NCBI GenBank assembly: GCA_965655095.1
Contig: OZ296658.1
Location: forward strand, 24,738,001-24,802,000
Direction: 5' to 3'
DNA length: 64,000 bases
Origin: Haplodiscus bocki
Taxonomy: Eukaryota
Position 1 is the first letter of the stretch. The number at the start of each line of letters is the position of its first letter. The translations under genes were made by a program, and so were the position numbers. The notes below the pieces were generated by a model. The model was not told where the DNA came from. It saw only the letters and a program-made list of their open reading frames with translations, and did not search any database. Shown piece by piece: positions 42,101-55,199 of the stretch.

Positions 42101-42350
42101 CGATACAGCTTTTACCCTTCTCAAAACAGTACACTGGATTCATTTAGTTGGATAATATCCTAAAGAAGAATCTTTTCCACCAACGATTGAACAAAATGTC
42201 CCTCCAGACAAACACCCCGATGATTAATTTGAATGATTTATGGAACGACGTGTACAAAAAATTAATGACCCAGAAGAATCCACCACAAACGATGCTGTTC
42301 CTTTCCCTACTGCGCCGCTATCTTCAATCCCGACAGTTCTCCCAATAAAA
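39147..42350 (+). pseudogene. Gypsy pol (RT, RNase H, integrase), decayed
   Basis: LVIDARYLN, SDLSWAYHQVPL, FDD, LKANPGKTFF, FHWTNEHE, RNase H ILVDSFKIGTGCIL; integrase RVHID, LLVID, LGITLRPRT..SPLTNRKLE; GPF motif LGPFTV (~42046). Confidence 0.92.
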
Positions 42351-42699
42351 AGATTCAGTTATACTAGCCGGGATTCGGGTGTCAACTCACTGATAAACTC
42401 TTCTCTAACAACGCTATGAGATCCGATCAATCATTCACCTCAGAAAGTACCTTCAGTCCTTCAGCATCACCTAAAAAATTCATCCAATACCACTCAGTCA
42501 ACCACTCACTCCTCTTCAGCAGTTGATTTAGTCTCATTCGGTTCTACTTACTTCAAAACGCCAGGATTATGACCTTTGTCTTTTGATCTGTATTCAATTG
42601 GTTTCCCACCCGATATATTTAACTTGATCACCCTAGCGTTATCATTTTGTTGAGCCTAATCCAATATTATCTATTTTTAACACTTTTTTATTCTAGAAC

Positions 42700-44100
42700 C
42701 TAATACCTAATCGCAAAAATTTATCCTAAATGTATTTGGACTATCCCTCCTGAATGGCATGGTTTGAATTCCTATTGTGGACTGCTCACTTAAGTCTTTT
42801 CGAAATATGGCACTGATTTTGTCCGAATTTGTGTCACTCCGTTCTCACCTACAAAACTCAAACCCGAAATCATGTGCAAATTCAAAATCTAGATTCGCTG
42901 CAACTCCAAGGCTATGGGCAGTATTTTTGAACTTTTCTGCCATCACTCCGTCTTTTGTCCTAATCCTTTGCTCGACTAATTTCTCTCGTATCATCCTACA
43001 TTTTCCCCTTCGTATATGTTTGACTAATGTGTCTCTGAAAGTTCAGATGATGACTCCTATCATTCCGACTCCACGACTCCATTATATCTGCTTTTTACTC
43101 CGATGATTCCAAATTTTTCTAATAGCTTCTCAAAAATAAGGTTTGTGCATTTTCAATATGCCAATACCAAAACGTTGCACAACAACTAAAGCCATACATG
43201 GTGGTATGGGAAAACTCCACACCACAAGAAGACACTCTGGAGATTCACTCGAGCTCCACAAAGCCACCCACGCCGCCAACGCTTTTGTACCGTCTCTGGA
43301 CTCCTCTGTGAACCACACTCCGAAACGCCGAAGGAACTCTCGCCTCTCAAAGGCAGTCGATGTAGTAAACCCAGTAATAGCCGCTGTTATCTTCGCAACT
43401 ATCAACTTTCCCTCGGCCTTTGAAACCAATTGTTGATACCGAGCCCCATTAAAGGCTATTAAAGTCGTTGAAAAACGTTCTGAAACTTGAGACTCGGGCA
43501 TTTAGAAACCCGCTTGATCCGCCTTTCACGGACAAACGCTCGGCAGAGTTGTAGCAAATATGGATCCCTTCTGGTAAAGAGTATGTACGCGGGGTCTCCG
43601 GTATATCCGTCTTCATATCCAAAATCCGCCTCATCAATACAGGCTCGTCTTCCCCAACGGGTTCTTCATCAGCTAGAAGATCATCCGCGGACGGCGGTTC
43701 TACGTATTCTTTGTCGGACGACATTCTCAACTCGAAAGGAACTTCGATCCCCGCTCAAAGAACTTTGTTTTTATTTGCTGGGAAACCGAAGGACGAAATT
43801 GTTGGACTTTCCGGACTTTCACTCACTAGAGAAACAGTATTGCTGATGGACGGGCCAAGTTGATCCCAACAATTAGTTTTGGAAATGATGACTCCTTGGT
43901 CTAATCCATACTTCTTCGAAACATTTGCTTGCTCCAAACTTCCTATTCTCAACGCCTATGATCCCACAAGTGGACCCACCTGCACAGGCTGAATCTAACC
44001 CACCCTCTCTGCACCTTTCCTATCAACGCCTACCCCACCAACATGGCTCCTATTTTTATCCTTTTCCCCTCAGAATGCCCTGCTACGGCAAGCGTAGCGG
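42700..44100 (-). pseudogene. Antisense accessory ORF of unknown function inside the Gypsy element
   Basis: ORFs 43755-43952 and 43449-43730 share one frame (single stop between them); one frameshift leads into 43130-43501, and that frame continues with few stops to ~42700. Confidence 0.5.
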
Positions 44101-44469
44101 AACCTAATTAAGAAAAGGCTCTAAGAATAGACACCCGTGCAACGTTTTTCCATTTCATGTATTTGATTTCGAAAATTGAGTTTTCAACAAACTTTTAGAT
44201 ACTAATAGTTTTAGATAGTACATAGATAGAACCTGTCATCCCGGCAGTGAAAAAACTCGAGAATTTGATTCCCAGATTATCAAGGATTGGTTGTTGGTGA
44301 AAATCGACGGATTGTTGATATTACTAAAAAAGAGTCGACTTGAAGCCCAGTTCAACGACTATACTCCTACATACAGTGACAGAAATTGGAATTGGAGAAA
44401 TGTACAAGTGCCATTCTGATTCTCTCAAGTATTATCATCAATGTAGTTTGCTGTCCTCAGACATCTACA

Positions 44470-47400
44470 TCATGAGTAACATCACTTGTGGGAACAGAAA
44501 TTTCATCAAAAACTGACACTCGTTTTCCTCCATATCGACAATCAACTTCACTACATTGTGGGGCTGACGTTCATTACGGGAACGAAACATTTCATGGTGA
44601 CAACCCAATTCAGTTACTCCGATCAAATAAAGATCTTGATTTGCTCAGATGGATCAACTCATTACCCTTTCATTGCAACAATACTATAAACCCTCCACAC
44701 AATCACATCAAAATCCATGACAGAAAGTTTTAAATGACCTTTGTCAAAACATCACTATGACACCTTGGTGACAACAAAAGTGACACGAGTTAATCAAAAG
44801 TGCAAGTGGACACAAATTTCGTTAAAGGGAGAGCACACAATCACAACCATCTTTTGAATTCATGACGGAAACACTCTGCAACTCAGAATCCGGGTTGTTG
44901 AGATTCCACTCGATGTATTACCAATCCCCTTAACTATCCAAAAGAAGAGTTTGCAAACCTTTTTTTGATCCGCAAGGTCTCCAAATCATTGAACAATTGG
45001 GAAAACTTAAACTTGGATAATCTTTTCAATATTATGGACACTAATTTTTGGGCTGATATACGAGGTGTAACTGATCAACATCCCACACGCACCCGTTAAC
45101 TTTCGTGACGTTTGAGCTCATCATCAAGTGTATTTCGCAGCTTACCGCCGCAAACAACCACTTGGAGATCACTAAATTTGAGTAGTTTGACACGAACGAT
45201 CAAATTGTCATAAAGATTGATTGCTTGAGGCAAAGACAAACGGGAAGCTGGAACTTACCAGTTAAACAAATGAGTCAAAAGCCATCAGACCTCCTATCTT
45301 CCCCACGTTATTACACGGCGTCTCAATGTTTCAAAAAAAGTCACTCTCTAACCAAAAATTTCCTTGAGGAGCTTAATCGACATTGCCAACCATTGGCCTT
45401 TGACAGTCAGTGAATCAGTCCAAAACGAGTAAAGCTAGCTCCTAATTCAACTCAATGGTGGAGGTGAGATTTTTCTAAGTTGGCACTTTTCTTTGACGAC
45501 CGTTCATAAGCCGGCGTCCCTTCGAAAAATTGACGCCCTTTTAATAGTAGAGGGACAATGCTATCAAATTAGCTCCCACACTGTGTTAGTGCCTACAAAG
45601 CGCTAGATAAAAAAACAGCATTTTAAATAAACTCTACGCTGAAAAAAGAGAGGACTCCCGTTCCGAAATCCGGTGGAGGAGTTGGCTATTGTTCTTCAAC
45701 TGTTCTTTAAAAAAAAGAGAACAATTTTATTGGTGTATCCGGTGACGAATTTATCTGTTTTTCTTTCGATAGCTAGTCTTCCCGCGGAAATTCAGGAATG
45801 GAACTCCCGTTGAGAGCTCCAGCGATGAATTTGTTGCTTTTTCAAAACCTCGTGCAGGGGATACTTACAATGTAATTCCAGATGCAGACTAGGTTGAATC
45901 TGCCCTTAAAAATTTTTCAAAAGGATTGCAGTGTATTGACATAAAACTATCCTTATGCTATGAACCAAGTACGACCGTATCACATTACACCAAAGCAAAT
46001 AGAAAGCAGTAAAGCCAAAATTAAACTTGACACACTAAACACTTCCAGAAAGAACTATACGCAATCAAATGACAAACCCAGCATCAATGGGGGAAATGGC
46101 ATTTCGGACGTAACAACCAAAGTAGAATTGACCACACTATCCCCGCAAAAACCAGTGATTTAATCATTTCGCCTGAACAATGTCGAACTCTGGTAAACGG
46201 AGCCAACATTAATGTACAAAGTTATTCGGTTAGTGCTGACTGGTATAGCAAAACTCCAGTAGTTAAAGTCTCTGGTGACCTAACAAGCTCTAACAAGAAT
46301 CACTGTGTCACAAAGAGATGGCATTCCTGGGAGAATTTCGTCATCCACATGCGAAAAACAACTCTAAAAGTTACGATGGAAACCGGAAAAGTGTTATCCG
46401 ACACGGGACTAACTTTACCCTGTGCCTTAGAAGAACTTGGTTGTAAATCTACTTCACTTGACGTTTACGTTTACATTTGGGATTTCCCAGATTTTTGTGC
46501 AATCTCGGTTCTCCGGTTCTCCGAACTGAAGATTTTAAAATGATCAATCATCACAGCAAAAACAACGTCTTCAGCGGAATAGACTTTACGTCCAAATTTG
46601 TATTTGAAGTCAAAGATCATCCTCAAAAACATTGTCAGAAGCTTAGAGCTATTCATCCAAAAACTTACGAATCGCTCTTTATGGTTCGATTCAGCGAAGG
46701 CTTCGACATGAACTCGGGGAGAAACCTTGCAAGTGAAAACATGGTGCAACTAAAATCCTTCAGTAATTGGGGCCCCAGGAGAAAAACATGATTTTGGCCC
46801 GTTTCACGCACATAACCCCAAACTAATGTGACCGGGGTATTCGAACTTTAAAGAATTTAACAAATACTTGAACATGGACTACAGAATGCAGCTTGGAAAG
46901 AAATTGACTACCTGTTCTTCCAGAGTTCACCACTCCTTCAGGCAACTGAAATACAACTATTACAAAACCAATGCGAACAGGAACTTACACAGATTCTTAC
47001 TTAGTTAATGCTGGCTCTCACTAGCCCCTGCTTAGCATGCTAGATGCTCACAGGGAACCGATCAATGTTCCTGGAAACAGATGGCAGTCTAGCTTGGTTG
47101 AACCAATGCCCAAAGGTACACTCACTTCTTCACACGATGAACCAATGGTATGACCGAATAGCAATATGGTACCAGGGCGAGATCCAGTTTGTTGATACGG
47201 TTACATGACAAAATTATCCTGATGCCAATGCCAGGAAATGCTCTGATCAAATTAAAAGCCTCTTCCAGCTCGACATAGATTGGAAAGACTCGTGGTATGC
47301 ATTTACGGCTAGCATAGTGCATCATCATTACGCCGCCATTTACCCCAAAAGTGACGCCAGTGGATGGAAATTCACTCAAGAGATCTCAAGATGCAGGAAT

Positions 47401-47967
47401 GTACACCCAAAGTGAACTCCATGGCTTTTTGGGATAGCATCCACCTAAATGCAGCATCCAAGACAGCTCTAAATAATTTTCGGAGCACCTTTTTTTTCTG
47501 TCCCTGAAAAAAGATCTGATGGACTCCGTCATTATGCACCGCGGGCCGAGTTTTTTGTTGACAAAATGATATCCCCTGATCACTTCCAGAATAGCTTCAT
47601 GGACACATTTGGCCCTGTTGCTTACGTTGTTGAAGATCATGGGATTTCTTTTTCGGTTTTTCTATTCCTTAAAATTATCGTTGATCTTATAGAACTTGGA
47701 AATTAACAACATGACAGGTGCTTCACTCCGATTCGGTAAGACCGTCCAAAGCGCTTCGTACAATATATTTATGACGTCTGGTCCAACTTTGTTGTTTGAT
47801 CCTTGCGGGCCTCCCATAGCCGCTTTGAAAAAAAGAAGGTTGATCATTCTAAAGATGTAAAGCTCTACGAGATGAGAGAGGTTGCGAGGAAGAAGGGAGA
47901 GCACCTTTATGCAGCACTCAGCCAAGGAGTTTTGAACTCCAAAACTCTCCCCTTGTCACCTGTCTAA
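44470..47967 (+). pseudogene. Envelope glycoprotein, chuvirus G / herpes gB-like (class III fusogen), decayed
   Basis: Cys/Trp pattern LAFD(C)...ISPEQCR...NHC...LPCALEELGC.....YIWD.PD.C...HC....TYESLF...QCEQE..QIL...QCPKV....YDRI....FVD.VT....C....F.LD....WY; C-terminal TM (FSVFLFLKIIVDL, ~47650-47690) and tail ending SPV*. Confidence 0.75.
45413..45930. mobile_element. Unrelated ~520-bp insertion interrupting env
   Basis: env reading breaks after HCQPLAFD and resumes at ~45945; CAGTG flanks both sides (45408-45412 and 45929-45933), a possible TSD. Confidence 0.4.
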
Positions 47968-48602
47968 CGTTTTCATATATCTAAGTTCTATTTATTTTAG
48001 TCCATTGATATTCATTCTATTCCCCTCGTGGACAGCAGTGAAACTCCTTCTATTTCTGGAGACCCGACTTGGAGTTGCAACCATTCACCCTTCCTTCAAT
48101 TTTGGATCGGTGTACAACTCCGAGGCTGAATTTTCAGATCCTTTGAACCATGACGAACAATTAAACACTCTTACAGTGATGATAAGGGATTCACAATACG
48201 AGTTTTGTGCGCATGATATCCTTTTTAACAACTCGCCGCCATTTCTGCTAATCAACTTCGAATCAGAAGAAGAACGCAGACAGTCAACTCCTTCTTTTCC
48301 TGATACCAGCATAAGGGACTTTAGTTCACGCCTTTCCCGTTTCAAATATTCTAACTCAAGCCACCAAGCCGATAGATCAGCACTTTGTCGTCAACACCCC
48401 CGTTAACGCTTTGCGTCCCCAGCCCGAGTAGTCAAGAAACCTTGATTCAATTGTCTTTACGCAGCAAGTACAAACTTGCAATTTCCTCGTGGGCGATCAA
48501 TTTCAGGGATAGCAACCGACACAAATTTACCCTAGGAAGTGTTTTGTTATCCTCTCAGAGAATTGTGGGTCCATTGAAAGCAATCACAGCTCAATAGTAT
48601 TA

Positions 48603-49890
48603 ATGACAATGAACCCTTTGGCTCCTACCTTCTGCCACCAGGAACACCCGAAAGCGTAATCTAAAAATAGACCACACACTTCTGGGCAAATGTGTCTCTC
48701 CGACCCTAGTATCCCCTGCAACAGCAGCTGAACCTTCTTTTTCTCCGAAACTGCATATCTTTGGTTGAAAAAAGAAATACAATTGTTATGCGCCCGGATG
48801 AACAAGCTACGACTCTATTCGGAGTCTTCACTCCAACAAACTTATTCATTACTACGAAAGTTTCCTTTAGGTCACCTTAAACAATTGCAGTACCTTGACG
48901 CCGTACAGCTGACGGTAGCCCAAGTTCAGCAGGACCTTGAATCTGAAAGACTACAGCGACATGCTTCACAGCTTTTACACTTTGAACCTCAGAAAGACAC
49001 CTTCTTCCGACAGAATATCTTGGTGAAGCAGTCTGCCGGCCTCAAGTGGAAGCCACATTCTCTTCACCCACCGAGTAGAGGTGCTGCGACGAGCCCCTAA
49101 GTACTTGAATGCCTTCAATGTCCAAAAAAGCCTGCCTCTCGACGCTTCCTATTGGGCAATCCTGATGGTTGTACGTCATCTGCATCGCCATCGTTTTTTG
49201 CTAGCTTAAAGTTTTCTTCAAATCCAATGATATCCTCATCAAAATCGCCTACTGATATACAATGTAGAGTTGACGCGCTGGAAAAACTTCTCAATGATGA
49301 TACTTCACGTACCAGAGCCTTGGTTGCAAGCCTACCAGGCGATTATTCCTCTGTGTGACAAAATTCGCTTATTGGAACCTAGCAAATTCAAAAAAATTGC
49401 CTGCTGAAGACCTTCTGTCAAGTTTGTTTTCATTTTGACAATGTGAGCTCACCATTCCTCTAAACCTATAGATGACAAACCTTGGGGCTACTGGAATACC
49501 ATGTTTCGCACTGACTTTTCTGCTTTTGTCTTCATTACCCGGTTTTACTCTAATGGTCTCGATACTGCAACAGGACAGTCTAAGACGATCTACTTTGTAT
49601 TTTTTTTCGAAGACTTTGACGGTTTTTTTGCGTTGACCTTCTTCAAAAGTCTTTCATCTTGGACACCGAGACCAACAGGACTCATTGAACACGTGGATTC
49701 AAAGGGTACAGCCTACCCGAGAACCTCCCTCCAGACGACCAACGCCGTTACTCAAGGATGGAGCTTTCGCTGTCGTCTTTCACAAATTCATCTGCTATTC
49801 TGAGCTTTTTAATGAAACTGAAGGCTATGTTGTAAATGATGCGTGTTATTTGGAAATTTCTTTCTCTGGAACCCTCACAACAATAATCAC
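48603..49890 (+). pseudogene. TRAF-like protein (coiled coil + MATH/TRAF-C domain) carried by the Gypsy element
   Basis: Coiled-coil-like segments (LKKEIQLLCARMNKL; VAQVQQDLESERLQR; RVDALEKLL), then FRT....FITRFYSNGLDTATG..TI.FVFF.EDFDG.LR*PSSK..HLG.RDQ...RRPT...F..FI.YSELF....GYVVNDACYLEI, matching the TRAF MATH consensus GYxxxxRxYxNG.G...S.F......D.LLxWPF.......L.DQ...F.RP....G...F......YVxDD.xFI. Confidence 0.8.
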
Positions 49891-51124
49891 GCTTCTATGT
49901 TTCATCCTCTTCTTTAGAACCCCCAAATCATTTTTCCTGTCTTTTCAGTGGGCTCAGTTATCGCGGTACGACTACAACTTGAACCTTATTAAAAGTGACG
50001 AATCCTAAATTAAAATTAACGAAGAGTTAAAACTAACCTCATCATCGAAATTAGTCAAATCAATTTAGGACTTAGCTGTGAAAACTTCATCATCGAAAAT
50101 ATTCTAAGTTAAATCCTGACTTAGCTGCAAAAATTTTTTCCTTAAAACTAATCTCAATCAAATTTTGAATTAGCCGCAGAATCCTCATCATCGAATTCAT
50201 TCTCACTCAAATTATATGTCAGCTGCAAAAACTTCATCCGCGAAAATACTCAAGGTCAATTCTTAACTCAGCCGCAAAATCCTCTTCATCAAAACTATTG
50301 TAAATCAAACTATGACTTAGCCGAAGAGTTTTCATCATTGAATTTATTCTGAACCAAATTCTGACTCAGCCGCAAAAACTTCATTATCGAAATTCTTTAA
50401 AGCCAGATTATGACTCAGCCGAAAAAACCTCATCATCTGAGCTTAATCTAATTCAAATTCTGACATGGCCGCAAAATCCTCTTCATCAAAATTATTCCCA
50501 ATCAAATTATGACAGAGCCGTAGAACCCTCATCAACGACTTTTTTTCAATCAATGTATGACCCAGCTACAAACACAAAGTCGTCGAATCTATTCAAAATC
50601 AAATCCAAACACAGCCGCAAATTCCTCTTCATCAAAACTATTGTAAATCAAACTATGACTTAGCCGAAGAGTTTTCATCATTGAATTTATTCTCAGTCAA
50701 TTTATGACTCGGCTGCTGAAACTTCATTATCGAAAAAATTGTGAGTCAAATCTTGAGTTAGCCGCAGAATCCTCTTCATCAAAGCTATTCTAATTCAAAT
50801 TATGACTTAGCCACAGACTCTTCATCATCAAAATTAATCAAATCAATTTAGGACTTTGCTTTGAAAATGTCATCATCGAAATTATTCTAAGTTAAATCCT
50901 GTATTAGCCGCGAAATCTTTTTCATTGAAACTATTCTAAATCTAATCATGACTTGGCGGCAGAATCCTTATCATCGAATTTATTCTCTGCCAAATTTTTA
51001 CTCAGCCGCAACATCGTCAGCTCCCTAATTTTTCTATATCACAAAAGGCCTGAGTCGCAAAATCCTCAACATCCAAATTATGGGAAATTGAATTATGACT
51101 TAGCTGCAAAAACCTCATCATCTA

Positions 51125-52285
51125 CTACAATACTTCTGGTTATGTCTTCATTACCCGGTTTCACTCTAATGGTCTCGATACTGCAACAGGAGAGTCTAAG
51201 ACGATCTTCTTTGTATTTTTCTCTGAAGACTGTGACGGTTTTTTGCGTTGACCTTCTTCAAAAGTCATTCATCTTGGACACCGAGACCAACAGGACTCAC
51301 TGAACACGTGGATTCCAAGGGCACAGCCTACCCGAGAACCTCCCTCCAGACGACCAACGCCGTTACTCAAGAATGGAGCTTTCGCTGTCGTCTTTCACAA
51401 ATTCATCTGCTATTCTGAGCTTTTTAATGAAACTGAAGGCTATGTTGTAAATGATACGTGTTATTTGGAATTTTCTTTCTCTGGAACCCTCACAACAATC
51501 ATCACGCTTCTATGTTTCATCCTTTTCTTTAGAACCCCCAAATCGATTTTCCTGTCTTTTCAGTGGGCTCAGTTATTGCGGTACGACTACAGCTTGAGCC
51601 TTTTTAAAAGTGAAGAATCCTGAACTAATTTTAACGAAGAGTTAAAACTAACCTCGGGTGGATTTGGCGCGAAATAAAGAGGCCAAGAATTTACCAACCT
51701 TAGATAAACACTAAAACTAAACGGTGCAGTTTGTTTATTTGAAAATTAAACTGAATCTACGAGCTACTAAATGTTACGATGGAACTAAAGTTGACTCACC
51801 AAGCTGACGTTTTGAAAGCTTTTACGATAAATATTCGCAGATAAATGGAGAACTCTGGCAAACTAGGATGAAGCGAAGTTACAAAACCATGGATTTGGGA
51901 CTATTAGACGACAAAGTTGAATAAAATAATTGTGACTAAAATTGTTTTGGCCACTACGGCCACTTGATGACATTTGCGGATAACTCGATTGGAGTTGAAC
52001 AAATTGATGACGACTACCACTATAAAGAAAAGCTAATACTTCGATTTTGCCTACATTCTACCATCAGTTTTTCTGCTAGCAGGTCTGACTTGCCTGACTT
52101 GCATTGTTTTTCGTTTGGTTGAAAGAAAATCAAGCAAGATGCCATTTTAGAGTCATTTGGCACGGCTGAAGAAGTCATAAATTCTATCATTCGCTCTCAG
52201 TCAAAAGCTAGCTCCCTTTTTTCCGCTCCTCTCTTGTCTTCTTAACTTCTGGACTTACTCGTCCCATCTTGTTCTTTTCACTATT
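51125..52285 (+). mobile_element. Duplicated MATH-domain segment plus longer 3' LTR portion embedded in the satellite
   Basis: 51135-51655 is near-identical to 49520-50040; it continues into ~630 bp of non-satellite LTR-like sequence (TATAAAG at 52021); inferred LTR start ~51574. Confidence 0.85.
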
Positions 52286-55199
52286 CGAAATTAATCTAAG
52301 TGAGAACTTGCCTTAGCTGCAAAATCTTCATTTTCTAGTTTATTCTAAGTCAAAATATAATGAATTCGCCGCAGAATCCTCTCCCTTGAAATTGTTTGAC
52401 TTAGCTGCAAAAACTTCATCATCGAAATATTTCGACGTCACATCCTGACTCAGCCGCAAAACACTCTTCGTCGAAACTATTCTTAATGAAGTTATGACTT
52501 AGCCGCAAAAATATCATCATCGGAAATATTCAAAGTCAACTTATGACTTAACTGCAAAATCTTCATCCTCGAATAAATTGCCAGTCGAATCCTAACTTAG
52601 TTGCAAAAACATCATCCCTTAAATCATTCTTTATCAAATTATTACTGAGCCTCAAAATTGTCAGCAACCTAAACATTCCACGTCAAAATATGCCTCAGCC
52701 GCAAAATCCTCATCATCAAAATTTTTCCAAATCGAGTTATGACTTAGCTCCAAAAACCCCAACATCTAAATTATTCTAAGTCAAATCCTGACTTAGTCAC
52801 AAATTCCTTTTCATCAGAACTATTATAAATCGAAATATGACTCAGCCGCAGAATCCTCATCATTGAGTTTATTCACAGTCACTTCATGACTCAGCTGCAA
52901 GAACTTCATTATCGAATATATTCTAATTCAAGTCTTCACTTAGCCGCAAAATACTCTTCATCAAAAGTAGTCGAGATCAAAATTCGACTCAGGAGCAGAA
53001 AATTCATCTTCAAAATTATTGTAAGTCAAATTCTGACTTAGCCGCAAAACTTTCGTCTCAATCAATTTAAGGCAAATTCTGACTCAGTCCCAAAAGCCTC
53101 TTCATTGAAACTATTTTAAATTAAACTATGACTTAGCCGCAGAAAACTCATGATCGAATTTGTTCTCAGTAAAGTTTTGACGCGGCTGCTAAAACTTCAA
53201 TATCAAAAAAAATGTGACTCAAATCTTGACTTACCTGCAAAATTTTCTCCACCAAACCATTCCAAAACAAATTGTGACTTAGTCACTGAGTCCTCATCAT
53301 CGAAAGTATTCTAAATCAGACCAAGTCTCAGCCGCAAAAACTATATCATCTAAAATAATTCAAGTCAATTCCTAACTCAGCCGCAAAATCCTCTTCATCA
53401 AAACTCTTCTGAATCTAATCATAACTTGGTCGCAGAGTCCCCATCATCGGATTTATTCTCTGCCAAATTTTTACTCAGCCGCAACATCGTCAGCTTCCTA
53501 ATTTTTCTATATCACAATATGCCTGAGTCGCAAAATCCTCAACATCCAAATTTATGCAAATTGAATTATGACTTAGCTGCAAAAACCTCATCATCTAAAT
53601 TAATCTATGTCAAACACTGACTGAGCCACGAAATATAATCACCAAAACTAATCTAAATCAACATAAGACTTAGCCGCAGAAACTTCATCTTCGATTTTAT
53701 TCTCAGTCAACTTATGGTTCAGCTGCAAAAACTTCATCAACGAATACATTCTAAGTCAAATCTTCACCTAGCCGCTAAATCCTCTTGATCAAAATTATTC
53801 CAAATCAAATTTGACTTAGGAGCTGAATCATCATCTTCGAAAATGTTGTAAATCAAACTATGATTTAGCTGCAAAAGTTTCATCATCAGAATATTTCTAA
53901 GTCAAATCCTGACTTAGCCGCAAAATCCTCTTCATCTAAATTAATCTAAACCAAAGTCTGACTCAGCTGCAAAATCCTCATCATCAAAATTTTTCCAAAT
54001 CGAGTTATGACTTAGCTCCAAAAACCCAACATCTAATTTAATCTGAGTCAATTTTTTTTAGTCACAAACTCCTTTTCATCAGAACTATTCTAAATCATAT
54101 TATGACTCAGCCGCAGAATCTTCATCAACGAATTTATTCACAGTCACTTTATGACTCAGCTGCAAGAACTTCATAATCGAATATATTTTAATTCAAGTCT
54201 TCACTTAGCCGCAAAATACTCTTCATCAAAGTATTCGAGATCAAAATTTAACTTAGGAGCAGAATATTCATCTTCGAAATTTTTGTAAGTCAAACTGTGA
54301 CTTAGCTGCAAAAGTTTCATCATCAAAATTATTCTCAGTCAAATTCTGACTTAGCCGCAAAACATTCTTCATCTCAATTAACCTAAGTCAAATTCTGACT
54401 CAGCCTCAAAAACCTCTTCATCAAAACTATTGTAAATCAAACTATGACTTAGCCGCAGAAATCTCATCATCGAATTTTTTTCGCAGTAATTTTTTGATGC
54501 GGCTGCTAAAATTTCATTATCGAGAATATTGTGACTCAAATCTTCTCTTTTTCTCCACCAGAACCATTCCAAAACAAATTTTGACTTAGTCGCAGAGTCT
54601 TCATCATCGAAATTATTCTAAATCGAACCAAGTCTCAGCCGCAAAAATTATATCGTCCAAATTAATCTACGTCAAAACTTGACTTAGCCGCAAAATCTTC
54701 CTCATCAAAACTATTCTGAATCAAATTATGACTTAGCCGCAGATTCCTCATCATCGAAATTAGTCAAATCAATTTAGGACTTAGCTGTGAAAACTTCATC
54801 ATCGAAAATATTCTAAGTTAAATCCTGACTTAGCCGCAAATTTTTTTTTGCTTAAAACTAATCTCAATCAAATTTTGAATTAGCCGCAGAATCCTCATCA
54901 TCGAATTTATTCTCACTCAAATTTTAAGTCAGCTGCAAAATCTTCATCCGCGAAAATACTCAATGTCAATTCCTAACTCAGCCGCAAAATCCTCTTCATC
55001 AAAACTATTCTAAATCGAATCATGACTTGGCCGCAGAATCCTTATCGTCGAATTTATTCTCTACCAAATTTTTACTCAGCCGCAACATCGTCAGCTTCCT
55101 AATTTTTCTATATCACAAAAGGCCTGAGTCGCAAAATCCTCAACATCCAAATTATGGGAAATTGAATTATGACTTAGCTGCAAAAACCTCATCATCTAC

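Larger units (their letters stand above)
39147..50040 (+). mobile_element. 5'-truncated env-bearing Ty3/Gypsy LTR retrotransposon with accessory ORFs
   Basis: RT-RNaseH-integrase order, then an antisense ORF, an envelope glycoprotein, a TRAF-like ORF and the start of a 3' LTR; gag, protease and 5' LTR are absent. Confidence 0.88.

Noticed and set aside
38060-42350. Functional pPolB-RT fusion protein
   Set aside because: The two parts are out of frame at the junction and both are riddled with stops.
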